64,000 nucleotides of DNA, taken from assembly GCF_009914755.1 (NCBI RefSeq), contig NC_060925.1. One strand, 5' to 3'. Position numbers and translations under genes: made by a program. This DNA is from the human T2T-CHM13v2.0 reference genome, Homo sapiens. Of the stretch, positions 13,337 to 32,389 are shown one piece after another. A model generated the notes under the pieces. The model was given only the letters and a program-made list of their open reading frames with translations, was not told the origin of the DNA and ran no database searches. The number at the start of each line of letters is the position of its first letter. Position 1 is the stretch's first letter.

Positions 13337-13742
13337 GCATTTGTTGAGGAGTGTTTTCTGTCTGATTTCAGTGCTGATTTCAGGTCCTGAATATCCTTGC
13401 TAATTTTCTGCTTCAGTGATCTAATAATATCATTGGGGTGTTGAAATCTCCCACTATTATTGTGTGGGAGTTTACGTTTCTTTGAAGGTCTCTAAGAACT
13501 TGCTTTATGAATTTGGGTGCTTCTGTGTTGGAGGCGTATATATTGAAGATAGTTAGGTCTTCTTGTTGAATTGAATCCTTTATCCTTATGTAGTGCCCTT
13601 CTTTGTCTTTTTTTATCTCTGTTGATTTAAAGTCTGTTTTGTCTGAAATTAGGATTGCAATCCCTGATTTTTCTGTTTTCATTTGCTTGGTAGATTTTCT
13701 TTATCCCTTTATTTTGTGTCTATGGGCATCATTGCATGTGTG

Positions 13743-13868
13743 AAGGCACAGAGTGGCAAGCTGCATAAAGAACCAAGAACTATTGGTATTCTGTCTTCAA
13801 GATAATACCAATAGAGACAGAATACCAATAGTTCTTGGTTCTTTATGCAGCTTGCCATTCTGTGCCTT
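13743..13868. repeat. Inverted repeat with 54-bp arms and 18-nt spacer
   Basis: 13743-13796 is the reverse complement of 13815-13868 with one mismatch. Confidence 0.95.
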
Positions 13869-14329
13869 TTAACTGGGGCATTTAGCCTATTTACGTTCAA
13901 GGTTTGTATTGATATTTGTGGATTTCCTCCTGTCATGATGTTCTTAGCTGGTTATTATGCAGAGGTTTTTTTCTTTTTTTGTGTGTGGTTACTTTATAGT
14001 GTCACTGGTCTGAGTACTTCAGTGTGGTTTTTTTTTAGTGGCTAGTAATGGTCCTTCCTTTCCATATTTAGTGCTTCCTTCAGGGATTCTTGTAAGGTAG
14101 GTCTGATAAATTCCCTTAGCATTTGCTTGCTGACAGGCATCTTATTTCTCCTTTGCTCATGAAACTTAGTTTAGCCAGACATGAAATTATCAGTGGAAAT
14201 TTATTTTCTAAGAATGTTGAATATAGTCGCCCAATCTCTTATGGCTTGTAGGGTTTCTGCTGAGAGGTCTGCTGTTAGTCTGATGGGCTTTCCTTGGTAG
14301 GTGACCAGACCTTTCACTTTAGCTTAAAC

Positions 14330-14735
14330 GTTCTTTTCCCACATATCCTTTCAGTTGATGCTTCACTTTCTTAAAGTTCTGGACCAAATGTCACTCTTTT
14401 TGTCGTCTTCCTGACTGACTCCCCTCCATAAAATGCAATCTTCTGCCATTTTTTATAATTATTTAGTCCATTCTCCATGTTTTGTTTATTTCCATAGTGT
14501 TTATCAACTTATAATACTCACATAATATATGTATCTGTTATCTGTCTTCTCTCTCATCCCCTTTGAGAAGGGTAAGGGCCAGCTTTTTAAAAAATGTATT
14601 TTTATTACAATTCTATCACCAGCAACTATAGAAGTACCTGTTACATAAAAGGTGCTTTAAAAAGGTTTCTCAATTTACATTGCTTGCATATTTTTAGTGC
14701 TCAGTAAATATCGATTAACAAATGAGAGTAAGTAA
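14330..14735 (+). mobile_element. L2 3' end
   Basis: ccaaatgtcactc...ttatttccatagtgtttatca...tatagaagtacctgttacataaaaggtgct...gtgctcagtaaatat. Confidence 0.6.
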
Positions 14736-14906
14736 TGATAAACCCTTTACTAACAAATATAGAATATTGTTTGAAATATTCAAAGAATACAGAGAAATAA
14801 GTATATATACATTCCATTTTCTAGATTAAAAAAGTTGTAATCATATTAGGCACAATAATTTGTTTATAATTATATATATTACCGAAATGTAAAGTCAACT
14901 AAAATT

Positions 14907-15215
<309 letters not shown>

Positions 15216-15726
15216 AAAGTCAACTAAAATTATGTTTTGATTTTTACACTAAGAAATGGTGCACAAATTTAAATTACTAATATTACTATTTTTGTTACAC
15301 TACTTTCAGGATTTTTTATTTTGTCATTTTTGAAAATTTAATAAGTATTTAAATTAATATTTAGTTATGCATCTAGATCCAGCAATTTGTTATAACTTCA
15401 AATTATCTGATGCAACACGTGTACTATTCTGTGTTCACTTACTCTAGTTTCAAAAGATAATAAATCATTACTTAACAATGCTATTTTAGTATGCTATTGT
15501 TAAAATGACACCTGGATGTAGACCAAAACAATGCTCAAATGATTTAAAAGTTTTATTTAAATGAATCATTGAATTTTAGCACTAGGAAAAAAGTTTAGAT
15601 ATTAATTATTATATTTGTCTCTTATTTTAGAGCTGTATAAGCAAAAAAACAGTAGTTAGATGACATGGGAAAGCAAGAAACCAAATTTGCCCAGTCTAGA
15701 TAGAATACTAAAATGTGTTTTACCAA

Positions 15727-15776
15727 TATTAGTCTGTTTGCATGCTGCTGTTAAAGACATACCCGAGACTAGTGAT
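15727..15776 (-). mobile_element. THE1 LTR terminal remnant (about 50 bp)
   Basis: tattagtctgtttgcatgctgctgttaaagacatacccgagact matches the THE1 LTR end. Confidence 0.7.
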
Positions 15777-17049
15777 TATATTTTTATTTCCATTTGCAAA
15801 CATTAAATTTATGTTAACAAATACAACTAACCATTCAATTATCAGCTTGATACTTCCTCGGTGAAGGCACTGCATTTTTTTCCTGGACAAATATGTCTAT
15901 TGAGTTTTAATAACATGTAATATACCTTTATTGTAGTTTTATACTATTATGTTAGAGTTACTTTTTTGTTTGCTTTTTTTTTTTTTTTTTGAGGGAGGTG
16001 AGATGAAAGATACTTATCTTCTTGCCAGGTTGTAAATTACTTAATATGATAACATTGATGTCCAGCATTTCTATAATACACTAGTCTTTAGGTTGAAATA
16101 TGCTGATGAGAAGAATAAATAGAAAGTGAAATAATAGAGTAGTATTTACACCATGATGGAGATAAAAGCAAAATGTTACAGGGGTATTACTGGAAAAAAT
16201 TGTTAAATTAGTGAGACATATGTGGTGGAATTACAGCAAGTAGGCAAATTCATTCATATAGGATTTTGTATTTTATTTGAAATACTCTTAATTTCTCCAT
16301 AATATTTTAATGAACCTTCCATCTTTTATTCTGTATTTCCTGACTCCTTTTCTATCCAATTAGTGAGAAACTATTAGCACTAAATATTAAAGAATTGCCT
16401 GAAACCTTCTACATTTCATGTGCACAAATGGATGCTCACAGTGTTACAATAGGCAATTTCATTTGAAAGATTTTTGTCAGCCCTTACATCAGGATATATG
16501 ATCTCTAAAGATGATGAGGACAAATAATTTAAATGGCTTTTTTAAAGCTGAGGGAAAAAAAGCATGCACATATACACACATACCCAATCAGTACTTTTGA
16601 CCTTAGAAAAATCTTTGGAGGTTGCATAATGAAGTCTATTATAAAATGTACAAGTTAAAAGGGCACTTATGATTCCAAGTGGCTTCTTTTGTAAAGGGGA
16701 TTCCTTTGTCTGTTCTATATTAATTACCATTATTTTTGCTTGCTGCATAGAATATGTGCTATTTATTCTGCAGAATTCCTGTGCATGGAATAGAATATTA
16801 CTTTTAAATTGAGTTTCAAATATTTTAATTAAAATAATACTATTTCAAAAAGATGCTGATTGTGTAAAGAATTTTAGTGGGTAAACACTACAGCTATCTT
16901 ATTTTTAAACAGATATTTGATTAGTATAGTTAAATGTAAATCTTTGTTTCTCTGACTGCCACCTATTGGATTTATGCTAAATGGGATTTCATTTCTTGTA
17001 CTCAGTCATGAAACCTGCTGCATTCTAGTGATGTAACTTTGGTCTTAGG

Positions 17050-17540
17050 GAATGTCTTTGTCTGGCAGGTTCCTTAGAATAAAGAGCTTGAAGGCAAAAT
17101 AGAGTTTGATGCTTTATTTATTGTGAAAGATAATCCCAGGACAGGAGAAAGAGAAAAAGGAAGTGGACAAAACTAGGAAGCAAATACAAAGAGATAGGTT
17201 TTTAAGTTGTTAATTGTCCAGTCAGGCTGTTTCTGAGACTCAAATTGATAGTTATCCTCTCCTTTCTTTCTCTTGTATTCTAGTATTCCATTATCTTTAG
17301 CCAGTAACTTGGCCAGTTTGAGTAGCTTGATGATGGGGTGACCCAGACATTCAATCCTACATGGTTCTTGTCTTTATTGGATTGTGGTTACTGCAATTGT
17401 CCACTGACAGTTATTATTGAACATTACATACTACGTAATGGCCCAAGGAAACCTGAGCTCCAGTTGTTATTATTGTTGCCCCATTTTGTGTTTAAAGCCC
17501 AAGATCCATATAACAATCCAGAAGGAATACCCTAGCCAAT
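17050..17540. mobile_element. Old ERVL/MaLR LTR plus internal fragments (LTR16-like)
   Basis: tgtctttgtctggcaggttccttagaataaagagc...; ggggtgacccagacattcaatcc; family uncertain. Confidence 0.35.
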
Positions 17541-17547
17541 AACAAAA

Positions 17548-18310
17548 CTTTTTTCGATTCCATGGTGAGTGAGGTCATATGGTATTTGTCTTTCTGTGTC
17601 TGGATTATTTCACTTAGCACTATGTCCTCCAGGTCCATTCAGATTGTCACAAATGATATGATTTCCCCCTTTATAAGGCTGAATAGTATTCCCATAAATG
17701 ATATATAAACAACTTACCACATTTTCTTTTTCTAATTATCTGATGATGGGCACCTAGGTGGTTTCTAGCTTAGCTATTATAAATAATGCTGCAGTAATCA
17801 TAGAAGTACAGGTAGCTCCACCACATACTGATTTCAGTTCCTTTGCATTATATGCCCAGAAGTGGGATTGCTGAATCCTATGGTAAATACATGTTTAGTT
17901 TTCTAAGGAACATACATACCCTTTTTCATCATGGCTATGTTAATTTGCATTCCCACCAACATTACCCAATAATTCCCTTTCCTCCACACTCTATGCAACA
18001 CTTGTTATCTCTTGTATTTTTAAAAATAGCCACTTTAACACATGGGAGTTTTTATTGTGGTTTTAATTTGCATTTCTCTGGTTAGGGATGATGAACATTT
18101 TTCATTTATCTGTTGACCACCTAAATGTACTCTTTTGAGAAGAATTTAGTTCCTTTGCCCATTTTTTATATTGAGATTTCTTTTTCTTGCTATTCAGTTA
18201 AATTCCTTATGTATTTTGGATATTAGCTTTTTATCAGATGTATGGTTTGAAAATATTTTCTCCTAATTTCCATTATCTAGTTCCTCTATGAATTTTTTTT
18301 CCTTTGCTAT
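17548..18310 (-). mobile_element. L1MA fragment (3'UTR/ORF2 end)
   Basis: gtgaggtcatatggtatttgtctttctgtgtctggattatttcacttagc...cccagaagtgggattgctgaatcc. Confidence 0.8.
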
Positions 18311-18344
18311 GCTTACTTAAAATAATGACGTCTGGTTCCATCTG

Positions 18345-18470
18345 ACACTCCATTTACCCTGATGTCACTATTACACATTGTATGCTTGTATCAAAATACC
18401 TCATGTACACCATAAATATATACACCTACTGTGTAGCCACAAAAAGTAAAAATTGTAAGTATTTAAAAAA
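18345..18470 (+). mobile_element. L1MA2/3-like extreme 3' end
   Basis: ccatttaccctgatgtcactattacacattgtatgcttgtatcaaaatacctcatgtacaccataaatatatacacctac plus A-rich tail. Confidence 0.8.
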
Positions 18471-18764
18471 CCCAATTCCACATCTATTAACATCCTTCAT
18501 GTGCAGGATCATAAACCATTGAAAAGATGGAGAAAGCATTTTTGTAGGTTTGTAAGAAGGTTCTGAGAGCTTTAACTGTTATTCTTTTATTGCAATAAAA
18601 TGAAATAAAAATGTGAATAGACCAAGAGATTAGCCATCTTGAAGATCATTTTCACATTAAAAAGCTTTGTGAAAGGTGAGTTTAAAGTAAATGTGAGTGG
18701 ATAGACTTTCTATTGGTACTCTGATCTATACTTTTAAAGTAAAGTAATGAAGGAAAGAAAAAAA

Positions 18765-20226
18765 AATCCCTTCTGCCTGTGAACCTGCAAAATAAAAGAA
18801 AAGTGTGTTACTTTCAAGATACAGATGAGGTGCAGACATTGAGTAATTACTTCCATTCCAAAGGGGATAAATCATCCAAAATGAAGGGCTACAGGCCCCA
18901 TGCAAGTCTGAAACCCAGCAGGGCAATCATTATATTTTCAGGATCCAAAATAATACATTTTGACTCCATGTTCCACATCCAGGGCACAGTGATTCATGGG
19001 GTGGGCTCCCCTGCCTTGAGTAGCTCTGCCCCTGTGGCTTTGCAGAATTCAGCTCCTGATGTTACTCTCAAGGGCTTGGTTTTAGTGCTCACAGCTTTTC
19101 CAGGATCAGGGTGCAAGATGCCGGTGGAACTACTAATCTGGGATATGGAGGATTGGTGGCCCTCTTCTCACAATTGCACTAGGCAGTACCCCAGTGTGGA
19201 CTCCATGTGCAGGCTCCAACCCCACAACTGCCCTCTGTACTGGCTCTTTATGAGGGCTGTGTCCCTGTAACAGGCCTCTCCCTGGATATACAGGCTTTTC
19301 CATACATCCTCCTAAATCTAGGTAGAGGTTCTGAAGCCTCAACTCTTTCACTCTGTCCACCCACAGGAGTAAAACCACATGGAAGCCTTGAAGGCTTACA
19401 ACCCCCTGAAGAAGAGCCCTGAGCTGTACCTCGCCCCTTTTGAGCCATGGCTAGAGCTGGAGTGGGTGAGATGCAGGAAGCAATGTCCTGAGGCAGGCTG
19501 CAGAGGGCAGCAGGCCCTGGGTCTGGCCCAGGAAACCATTCTTCCCTCCTAGGCCTCTGGGCCTATGATGGAAGGGGCTGCTGCAAGCCCTCTGAAATGA
19601 CTTTGAGGCCATTTCCCCATTGTCTTGACTATTAGCACTTGTCTCCTTTTTACATACACAAATTTCAGCAGCCTCCTTAAATTTCTCCTCTGAAGATGGT
19701 TTTTCTTTTCTACCACTATACCAGGCTGCAAATTTTTCAAACTTTTATGCTCTGCCTCTCCTTTAAACATAAATTCCAACTTTAGGTTATTTCTTTGTTC
19801 ACACATATGAGCATATGGTGTTAGAAGCAGCGAGGTCACATCTTGAATGCTTTGCTGCCTAGAAATTTCTTCCACCAGATACCCTAAATCATCACTCTCA
19901 AGTTCAAAGTTCCCTAGATTCCCTAGGGAAAGGGAACAATGCAGCCAAGTTATTTGCTAAGATATAACAAAAGTGACCTTTGCTTCAGTTTCCAATAAGT
20001 GACTCATTTCCATCTGAGTCCACATCAGCCTGGCCTTTACTGTTCATATCACTACCAGCATTTTGTTAATAGCCATTCAATCAGTCTCTAGGAAGTCCTA
20101 AACTTTCCCTCATCTTCCTGTATCCTTTTGAGCCCTCCACCCTCTTAAAACTGCTGCTCATTACTGGTTCCAAAGTTGCTTCTACATTTTCAAGTAGCTT
20201 TATAGCAATGCCACACTCCAAATTTC
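18765..20226 (-). mobile_element. MaLR MST internal region, 3'-truncated
   Basis: gggctacaggccccatgcaagtctgaaacccagcagg...; MaLR ORF remnant EEISRQQSIQDV (19549-19875). Confidence 0.88.
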
Positions 20227-20625
20227 TGTATTAGTCCATTCTCACACTCCTATAAAAGAGACCTGACATTGGGTAATTTATAAGGAAAATATGTTTAATT
20301 GGCTCATGGTTCCATAAGCGATACAGGAAGAATAACACCTTTTGCTTCTAGGGAGGCAACAGGAAGATTCTAATTATGATAAAAGGCAAAGGAAATGTTA
20401 GGTATATCATGTGGTGGGAGCAGTAGCAACAGAGAGTGGGAAGAGGTGCCACACAGATTCAAGATCTCATGAGAACTTACACTCATGACAGCAGTACCAA
20501 GTGGATGGTGCTAAATCATTCACAAAAATCCATCCCCATTTTCCAACCACCTCCAACTAGCCTTCAACATTACAGAGTACAATTAGATGTGATATTTGGT
20601 GAGGACACAGATCCAAACCATATCA
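20227..20625 (-). mobile_element. MSTA-like LTR (5' LTR of the MST element)
   Basis: tgtattagtccattctcacac...gacacagatccaaaccatatca termini. Confidence 0.9.
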
Positions 20626-20714
20626 ACTGCCCGGTGTGAATAATTGAATTAAAGAGGTAGGAAATAAATTTGTTATTTTGTGTTTGTTCTTGATTTTACT
20701 ATTCTGTAAAATGA

Positions 20715-21734
20715 CTAAGACATAGACTCTCTCACAATAATAGTGGAAAACTTCAACACTCCACTGACAGTATCAGAGAGATCATTGCAGCAGAAAATTA
20801 ACAAAAATATTCAGGACCTGAACTCAACATTGGACCAAATGGATCTGATAGACCTCTATGGCCTCTCCAACCCAAAACAACAGAATATACATGCTTCTCA
20901 TTGCCACTTGGCACATACTCTAAAATTGACCACATATATGGACATAAAACAATCTCAGCAAATGAAAAAGAACTGAAATCACACTAGACACACTATCAGA
21001 CCACAGGGCAATAAAAAGAGAAGTCAAAATTAAGAAAATCACTCAAAACCATGCAATTAGATGGAAATTAAACACCATGCTCCTGAATGACTTTTAGGTA
21101 AATAATGAAATTAAGGAAGAAATCAAGAAGTTCTATGAAACTAATGAGAACAAAGATATGACATATCAGAATCTCTGGGGAAAAGCTACAGCAGTTTTAG
21201 GAGGGAAATTTATAGCACTAATTGCACATATCCAGAAGTTAGAAAGATCTCACATTAAAAACATAACATCACAACTAAAATACTTAGAGAAGCAAGAACA
21301 AATCAACCCTGAAGCTAAAAGATCAAAAAAATCCAGGAGTTGTTTTTTTTTAATTAATAAGCTAGATAGGCTGCCAACTAGAATAATGAAGAAGAAAAGA
21401 GAGATCCAAATAAAAACAATTATAAATGATGAAGGGAATGTCACCTTGAACACACAAAAATAAAAATAACTATCAGAAACTACTCTACTACAAATACCTC
21501 CATGCATATAAATGCGAAAGCCTAGAACAGATAAATATCTAACATATACACTCTTCTAAGACTGACCCAGGAAGAAATTGATTCACTGAAGAGATTAATA
21601 ATCTGCTCTGAAATTGAATCAGTAATTAAAAAGTCTGTCAACCAAAAAAACCCCAGGAACTGATGGATTCACAGTCAAATTATATCAAATGTACAAAGAA
21701 GACATTGTACAATTCCTGCTGAAAATATTCTAAA

Positions 21735-21740
<6 letters not shown>
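20715..21740 (+). mobile_element. Older L1PA ORF2 fragment, left half of the host element
   Basis: Peptides ENFNTPLT...DQMDLIDLY and [19 protein letters not shown]; interrupted at ctaaaaaactg. Confidence 0.85.
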
Positions 21741-26295
<4,555 letters not shown>

Positions 26296-29162
26296 TTACA
26301 TGATTCTCCTTGTACAGTTGTAGGCTCCACTGATTCTTTTGAAAATGTGTTCTTTAGTTATTCCTATGAAATATAGAAAGTAGATATCTCAAGATAATAA
26401 TGATATTATTTAATATAAGTTTACATCAAATAATCAGGGTCAAAGGATACTAATCCATAGTATCTTGCACTCTGAATGTTTCTAAAATACACAAGTCAAG
26501 GCATAGGTAAGGAAATTTGAGAAAAGTGAACTTTCTTTATGTGATGTCAAGATTATTCTGCTGTGAGCTGGCCTGAGTCAATTTTTACATACTTGTAATA
26601 GGTAGCAGGAGTAGCCTGTGTTTGGTGTTGCAATTCTCTGCTATTCCTTCCAGATATTAATGAACAAAATTTGAAGAACCTTTTACTATGCTGGTATTTA
26701 TTAAACACAGTTTTTCTTTAGCTAGCTGGTATAAAATACTACACACATACTATTCTGGAGGCTTAACTAAAAACAAACAAACAAAAAACTTTAATAACCC
26801 CAAAAAGTCACCAAAACTTATTCTGTTATTTTACTTGCTATGTTAATAATTAATCTAAATGATCCATTCTAAAGAGGAAACGTTTTCTAGAAGAAGAATT
26901 GTCTTATACTTAAAATTAATATCAACTCACCAGAATACTTAGATTCAATGGTGGACATAGAGCTAAGTAATCAGGAGTCAGCCCTAAAGCTATGTGCAGT
27001 AGGGCTTGCAAATTCTTTAGATTTGCTCATTCATAGCAAAAGAGGGTTTCTAAATATCTTGACCAATTTACCTACGTACTGATCACAACAAAAAGATCCG
27101 ATTTTTATAGCCTATGTTGTATTTAGCAAATCACTAATTTTATAATTGGATAATTCATTACTTATGCTTAGCAAAGCCTCTATCAAATAAAAATATCAAA
27201 TAAAAATGTAACTAAAATATAAACAAAGATTATGAAGTAGTCACATCTCAAGTAAGAGGTTTCTGCTAAGGATGATGGTAGGCAGTCCTAGTATATAGAC
27301 TTATCTAAAACAAACATGGTGACACATAACATCCACAACAAAGACATAGCTGTATAATTGAATATTTGATCGCCTGTGATTTGCCCAAAATACATCACAA
27401 ATGAGAGGCTTTTTTTTTTTCACTTAACCTACATTAGGAAAAATCTGTCGTGGGAAGTGTCAAATACAGGATTTAATACTTAGAGAAAAAGCATATGTTC
27501 CAGATATGTAGAGTTTGGAAAATAACTTATTTCTCTGTTTAAAATGAGGAAATTCTAAGACTTGTCAGCTAAAATTAAGAGTACATGACCTAAGCAAAAG
27601 TGAACCTAAGGTATTCATTTGAGGCATTAGAGGTTAAAAAAAAAAAAAGTATTGTAAGGGTACCATGGAGAGCTCCTTCATGGAAACTGTATTTTTCTTT
27701 GTATTTGTGTCAGAGGCCAAGGCAGAACCCACAGTAAAGGGAGCAGTGAAATTCACATTTTGGAGACAGAAGAATGAAAAACTGGATTTGTTTCTATTAA
27801 ACTGTTATTATAATTCATAAGTTTAAGGAAGCAATCAGTAATTTAGATTTCACTTTTAGAGAATACACAAATGGCAATGTTCTCTGTCATTACAGAAATT
27901 AAGCATGCTTTTTGTTATCTGCATGAGTCATAATAGAAACAAGAAGAGAAGAAATTCCTCAATAAGGCAAATATATAGCATCCTTTCTAGAAACTGAAGA
28001 TGTATTTAAGAAACTAACAGTGCAAAAGGGGTTTGCAGTGTCCTGGCAACCTTACCTGACCTTGCCAATGGCCATGCATTTTACCTTAAATAACATATTT
28101 AGAATGTTTCAGACTCAATTTCCATTTAAGTAAGATTATGGGACATAAAAGCATGGGTCTATATAAGGTCACTGAGATTCTAGTATTCTTTGATTGCCCC
28201 TATCTTCCATTTAAATTAAATTTTTTTTTCAAAACTTTGAGCTCTCTGTAGATTGCCATCAATGGCTGAAATCCTGAGAAAAAGTGAAGCCTAGATAGCT
28301 GGAATTGCTTGCTAGCTTTGAAAGAGTTTGCCTCTTGGAGAGTTGTATTTCCAGAAACATACAGCAGGAAATTATTGTGCTTAGGTTCTGCCTTAAAGCA
28401 AGATAAGGCTTTGCTACTCCAAGAAGGCAGGAAAATAAAATATGGAGTTATGTGATTTTTCTTATCAAACACTGTTCATATCCTCAGTGACAAATGTAAT
28501 TTTTAAATGGTAGTACTTTAAAGTAACTGGTTTCTTTTTTAAAGCTTTCAGTGTGTGTTTTATTTTTTTATGTGTGTACCTGCAAATTACAAAATTGCAT
28601 TTATTACAAATTAGCATTAATATTTTGGATCATTAAGGAATATAATATAGAAAAATCTACTAAAGGAAAATACCCCCAACTTGACCTGTAGTTATGGTTA
28701 ATTTTTGACATATGCTGTTTGTAACTAACACCTAGAGGGATTCATGGCAATTGTCTTCAGAAAGCCTTGATTATTTTGAAATGTTAAATTGAATGGAAGT
28801 GACAGTGGGGAAGTTGGCCATTGCTACTTTTTCCTTAACTCACTGTAACTAACATAATTTCAATCCTTCCTTTACTTATCCTTAACTGTATGTGTATTTA
28901 TTAGGAATGGGACTGGCAGAACTAGAGAATGTATAGTATTATATTCCACGTGGTAGTACAATATATTAAAAATGCAGTCTCTTGCGAACTGAAATGATCC
29001 TCTCATCCATGTAGTATATTTCTGCTTAAGGATATATTCTAGGCAGGTAATAACAATTAATAAGAAATGAAATTAAATTTTAAATAAACGGACATTTAAG
29101 GGTACAACAACTGCAATTCAGAACACAGTTATGTATTTATACTTCATGTGACATTATAAGAC

Positions 29163-29475
29163 ATGAGTTATTTAATTACACATGATATATAAATAAATGC
29201 TTACATGATATATTAAGTAGAACAGAGCATTTTAAATTTTGTAATTAAGCCTATACATATACAAATTTGAAATATGTATCCCTGTCAACTTGCTATTATT
29301 AAAACAATAATAATAGTTTTAATGATATTTAATGAGTTATTTAATTACACATGATATATAAATAAATGCTTACATGATATATTAAGTAGAACAGAGCATT
29401 TTAAATTTTGTAATTAAGCCTATACATATACAAATTTGAAATATGTATCCCTGTCAACTTGCTATTATTAAAACA
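29163..29475. repeat. Perfect 144-bp direct duplication with 25-bp spacer
   Basis: 29163-29306 is identical to 29332-29475 by manual comparison. Confidence 0.95.
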
Positions 29476-29542
29476 TCATTTTAATATCATTCTTCCATGA
29501 ATATCACAGCATTCTATTACTTGTTTAAAAATTTTATGTCCT

Positions 29543-29885
<343 letters not shown>

Positions 29886-32389
29886 TTAGAATTTGTATTT
29901 AGAGATAAAAATATAGTTTTTGAAATTAGGGAAATCTTTATTTATAAATTTTGAAGATAAATGAGGAGATGTCATTGTAATTCTAACTTTGTTGTTAGAA
30001 ATTTTCAATAATTTTATTCTGTAAAGACAACCATTAACATAGTAAAATAAATTTGCATCTTATTTTTGACAGGAAAATATAAGTTACAAATACTATACAT
30101 ATTGTAATTGAATTTTAGTATGAAACACTTTATAGAAATCATGAAACAAAACAATTATGGTACTGTTTCTGGTTATAGGTTAGTAAAAAATTTGACTCTA
30201 CTTTCTAAGTTTCAATGTTAAATTTTATACAATGTACATTTTAATAGGAATAATTGTTCAAATATCTGTGTCTATTTTTAAAGTCCAAATATCATTTTTA
30301 ACACTGTAAATGAACTCTCTATGATTCTACTCAGTGAAGTGTTTCAAATGTCAAATCATTATTAATTACTTCACATATTTCAATCTCGAATCATTTTATA
30401 AGAGTGAGGAACTGTTTAATTTCTAATTCCAACATTGTTAGAAATAATATTAATATTTCATAGAGCTGTATCTTTACTTTCTTTTGGGCTAATTATATAT
30501 ATATGTATTAGTATTGACTATAAAATGCCAAAATTAGGCTATTTTATAGAAATAACATATTTTACTGTTATGCAACACTACATCTAGCATATCGCCCTAT
30601 TTCAATCATTTAAAATTTTGTAATTACTGTATACTTCTCCCACAGATTAACTCTCACTATTACATAATAATAAATAGCAAATTATATTCTGTATAATGAA
30701 ATGTGCCCTTAAGCAATAAATTACATTTTTTGGTGTTGATTTATTTAAAAATGAGTGCATGTCAATGTTCTCCTTAATATAAATGATGTGGATTCAGATT
30801 ATTTCTTAATTAATCAGTAGTTTCACTTGGACATGAGGAAATGTTTATTTTTATTCCAAAACAAAAATAAATTTTTTAAAAAATCTATGGAAATAAAAAA
30901 TTGTATTTAGTATTTGGAAATGAAGTTTGTAACACCATCAGACAACCTAAAAGCTATTAAGGTTCAAACGTTTGTTTAGAAACATTTTGAGAACTATTAT
31001 ATATTACAAAAAATCACTTTTTAAAAGATAAAAAAGCATGTTATATTTGTAATAACAAATACAACAAACATTTATTTAATGTCTCTATATTTAAAAGCAA
31101 GAAACGATCTTTATACACCAGTAAAAAAAATCTCAGAAACTTCAAACTAAAATAGATGAGGACATTAAAAGAAAATTTACAGGACATAAATAAATCAATG
31201 AACAATAAAAAAATGGAGAAATGTGAATATAACAGGTGACAACCACATTCTAAAAATTAGATACAATTTTTTTAACATATGAGATTTTCAAATATTGCAA
31301 ATATATTTTATCCAGTATGGTAACCATTCATAAATTTTTTACAAGTAGGAAATAAATGCAATTTGCTAAAGTTCATTTAAGAAGCATTTTCAAAAATAGG
31401 CTGGCCAAGGAAGGGCCTTCTGATGTCATGACCAGAAAGCTAAGGTCTGAAGATAGAAAAGAAAACCTGCTGTGTAAAAGATTGGGTGACAGTGTGGACA
31501 ACTTCTGAGTAAGAGATTGTTTTCTTCTAAGAAATATTAGAAGTATACTGGAAAATACTGAGCAAGAGAGAAAATGGTTTATATAAGTTAATACAGATAC
31601 ATTCCGTTGTAGAATATATTTTTTATCTTGTCTTAAATTTTATTCGTATATATTCTAGCTCTAATGTAGGTACATACGTTTCTAAAAAGATATGAAAAAG
31701 AATGTTTTCCTCTAGCTCTCTAAGAACCACAAAAGTTAGTATTTTTGCTCTGGGGAAGAGCAGCCCAGGATTTTTTAGCATTACAACTATAAACCTGAGT
31801 TCTTCACTCAACCATGTTCTTTGCCTGGCTCAAGCCAGATTTTTAGACGTGCCCAGAATAAGCAAAAGTTCCTAGTGGAAAATAATATCAGAGATCAGCT
31901 CATTTTAGAAAATTTTGAGAGTCTGAAATTTTAATTTGTATTATATTTCTTGCTTACTTAGCTCTCTGAGGCCATTGTTTAAAAAATAAATATAGTTGAA
32001 TAAATAATGTTTTCCTAGTTGTTACAGCAGAAGTTATTATTTTCCAAATCATTCTGACTACAACTACAGCCTTCTTGGAAGCAAAAGTGCAAATTAATTT
32101 AGTTTGTAATTATGAAATTCATAAATATATAAAGTTTAGAGATAGCACATATATTGTTATGGATTTTAGGAAATGTACATCTTTTTACCTAATATTTAGG
32201 AGAATTATTTGTAAGCAGTGACTAGTATAATCTGAAACACATATTATACTGACTTAATGGTGATTTGCCTACATTTTTTACTTACTTTGTTACCACCAAT
32301 ATTTGTTTTCTGTTAACGTGCGTGTGTGTACATGTATACTTGTGTATGATTCCTCTTAAAAAATACAGAGAAATAATTTGACCAAATTT

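Larger units (their letters stand above)
8590..14325 (-). mobile_element. Older L1PA (about L1PA13-16) ORF1 end plus ORF2, lacking its 3' terminus and split by MER52
   Basis: Antisense ORF2; ORF-track peptides GIAILISDKTDFK...IIVGDFNTP (13413-13682), [11 protein letters not shown] (12422-12634) and REIQIKTLLRYHFTPVR (8803-9060). Confidence 0.92.

Noticed and set aside
18311-18470. Possible second twin-primed L1 (short antisense piece before the L1MA 3' end)
   Set aside because: The inverted piece is only about 30 bp, is far from the sense piece in the consensus and has no TSD; too weak to call
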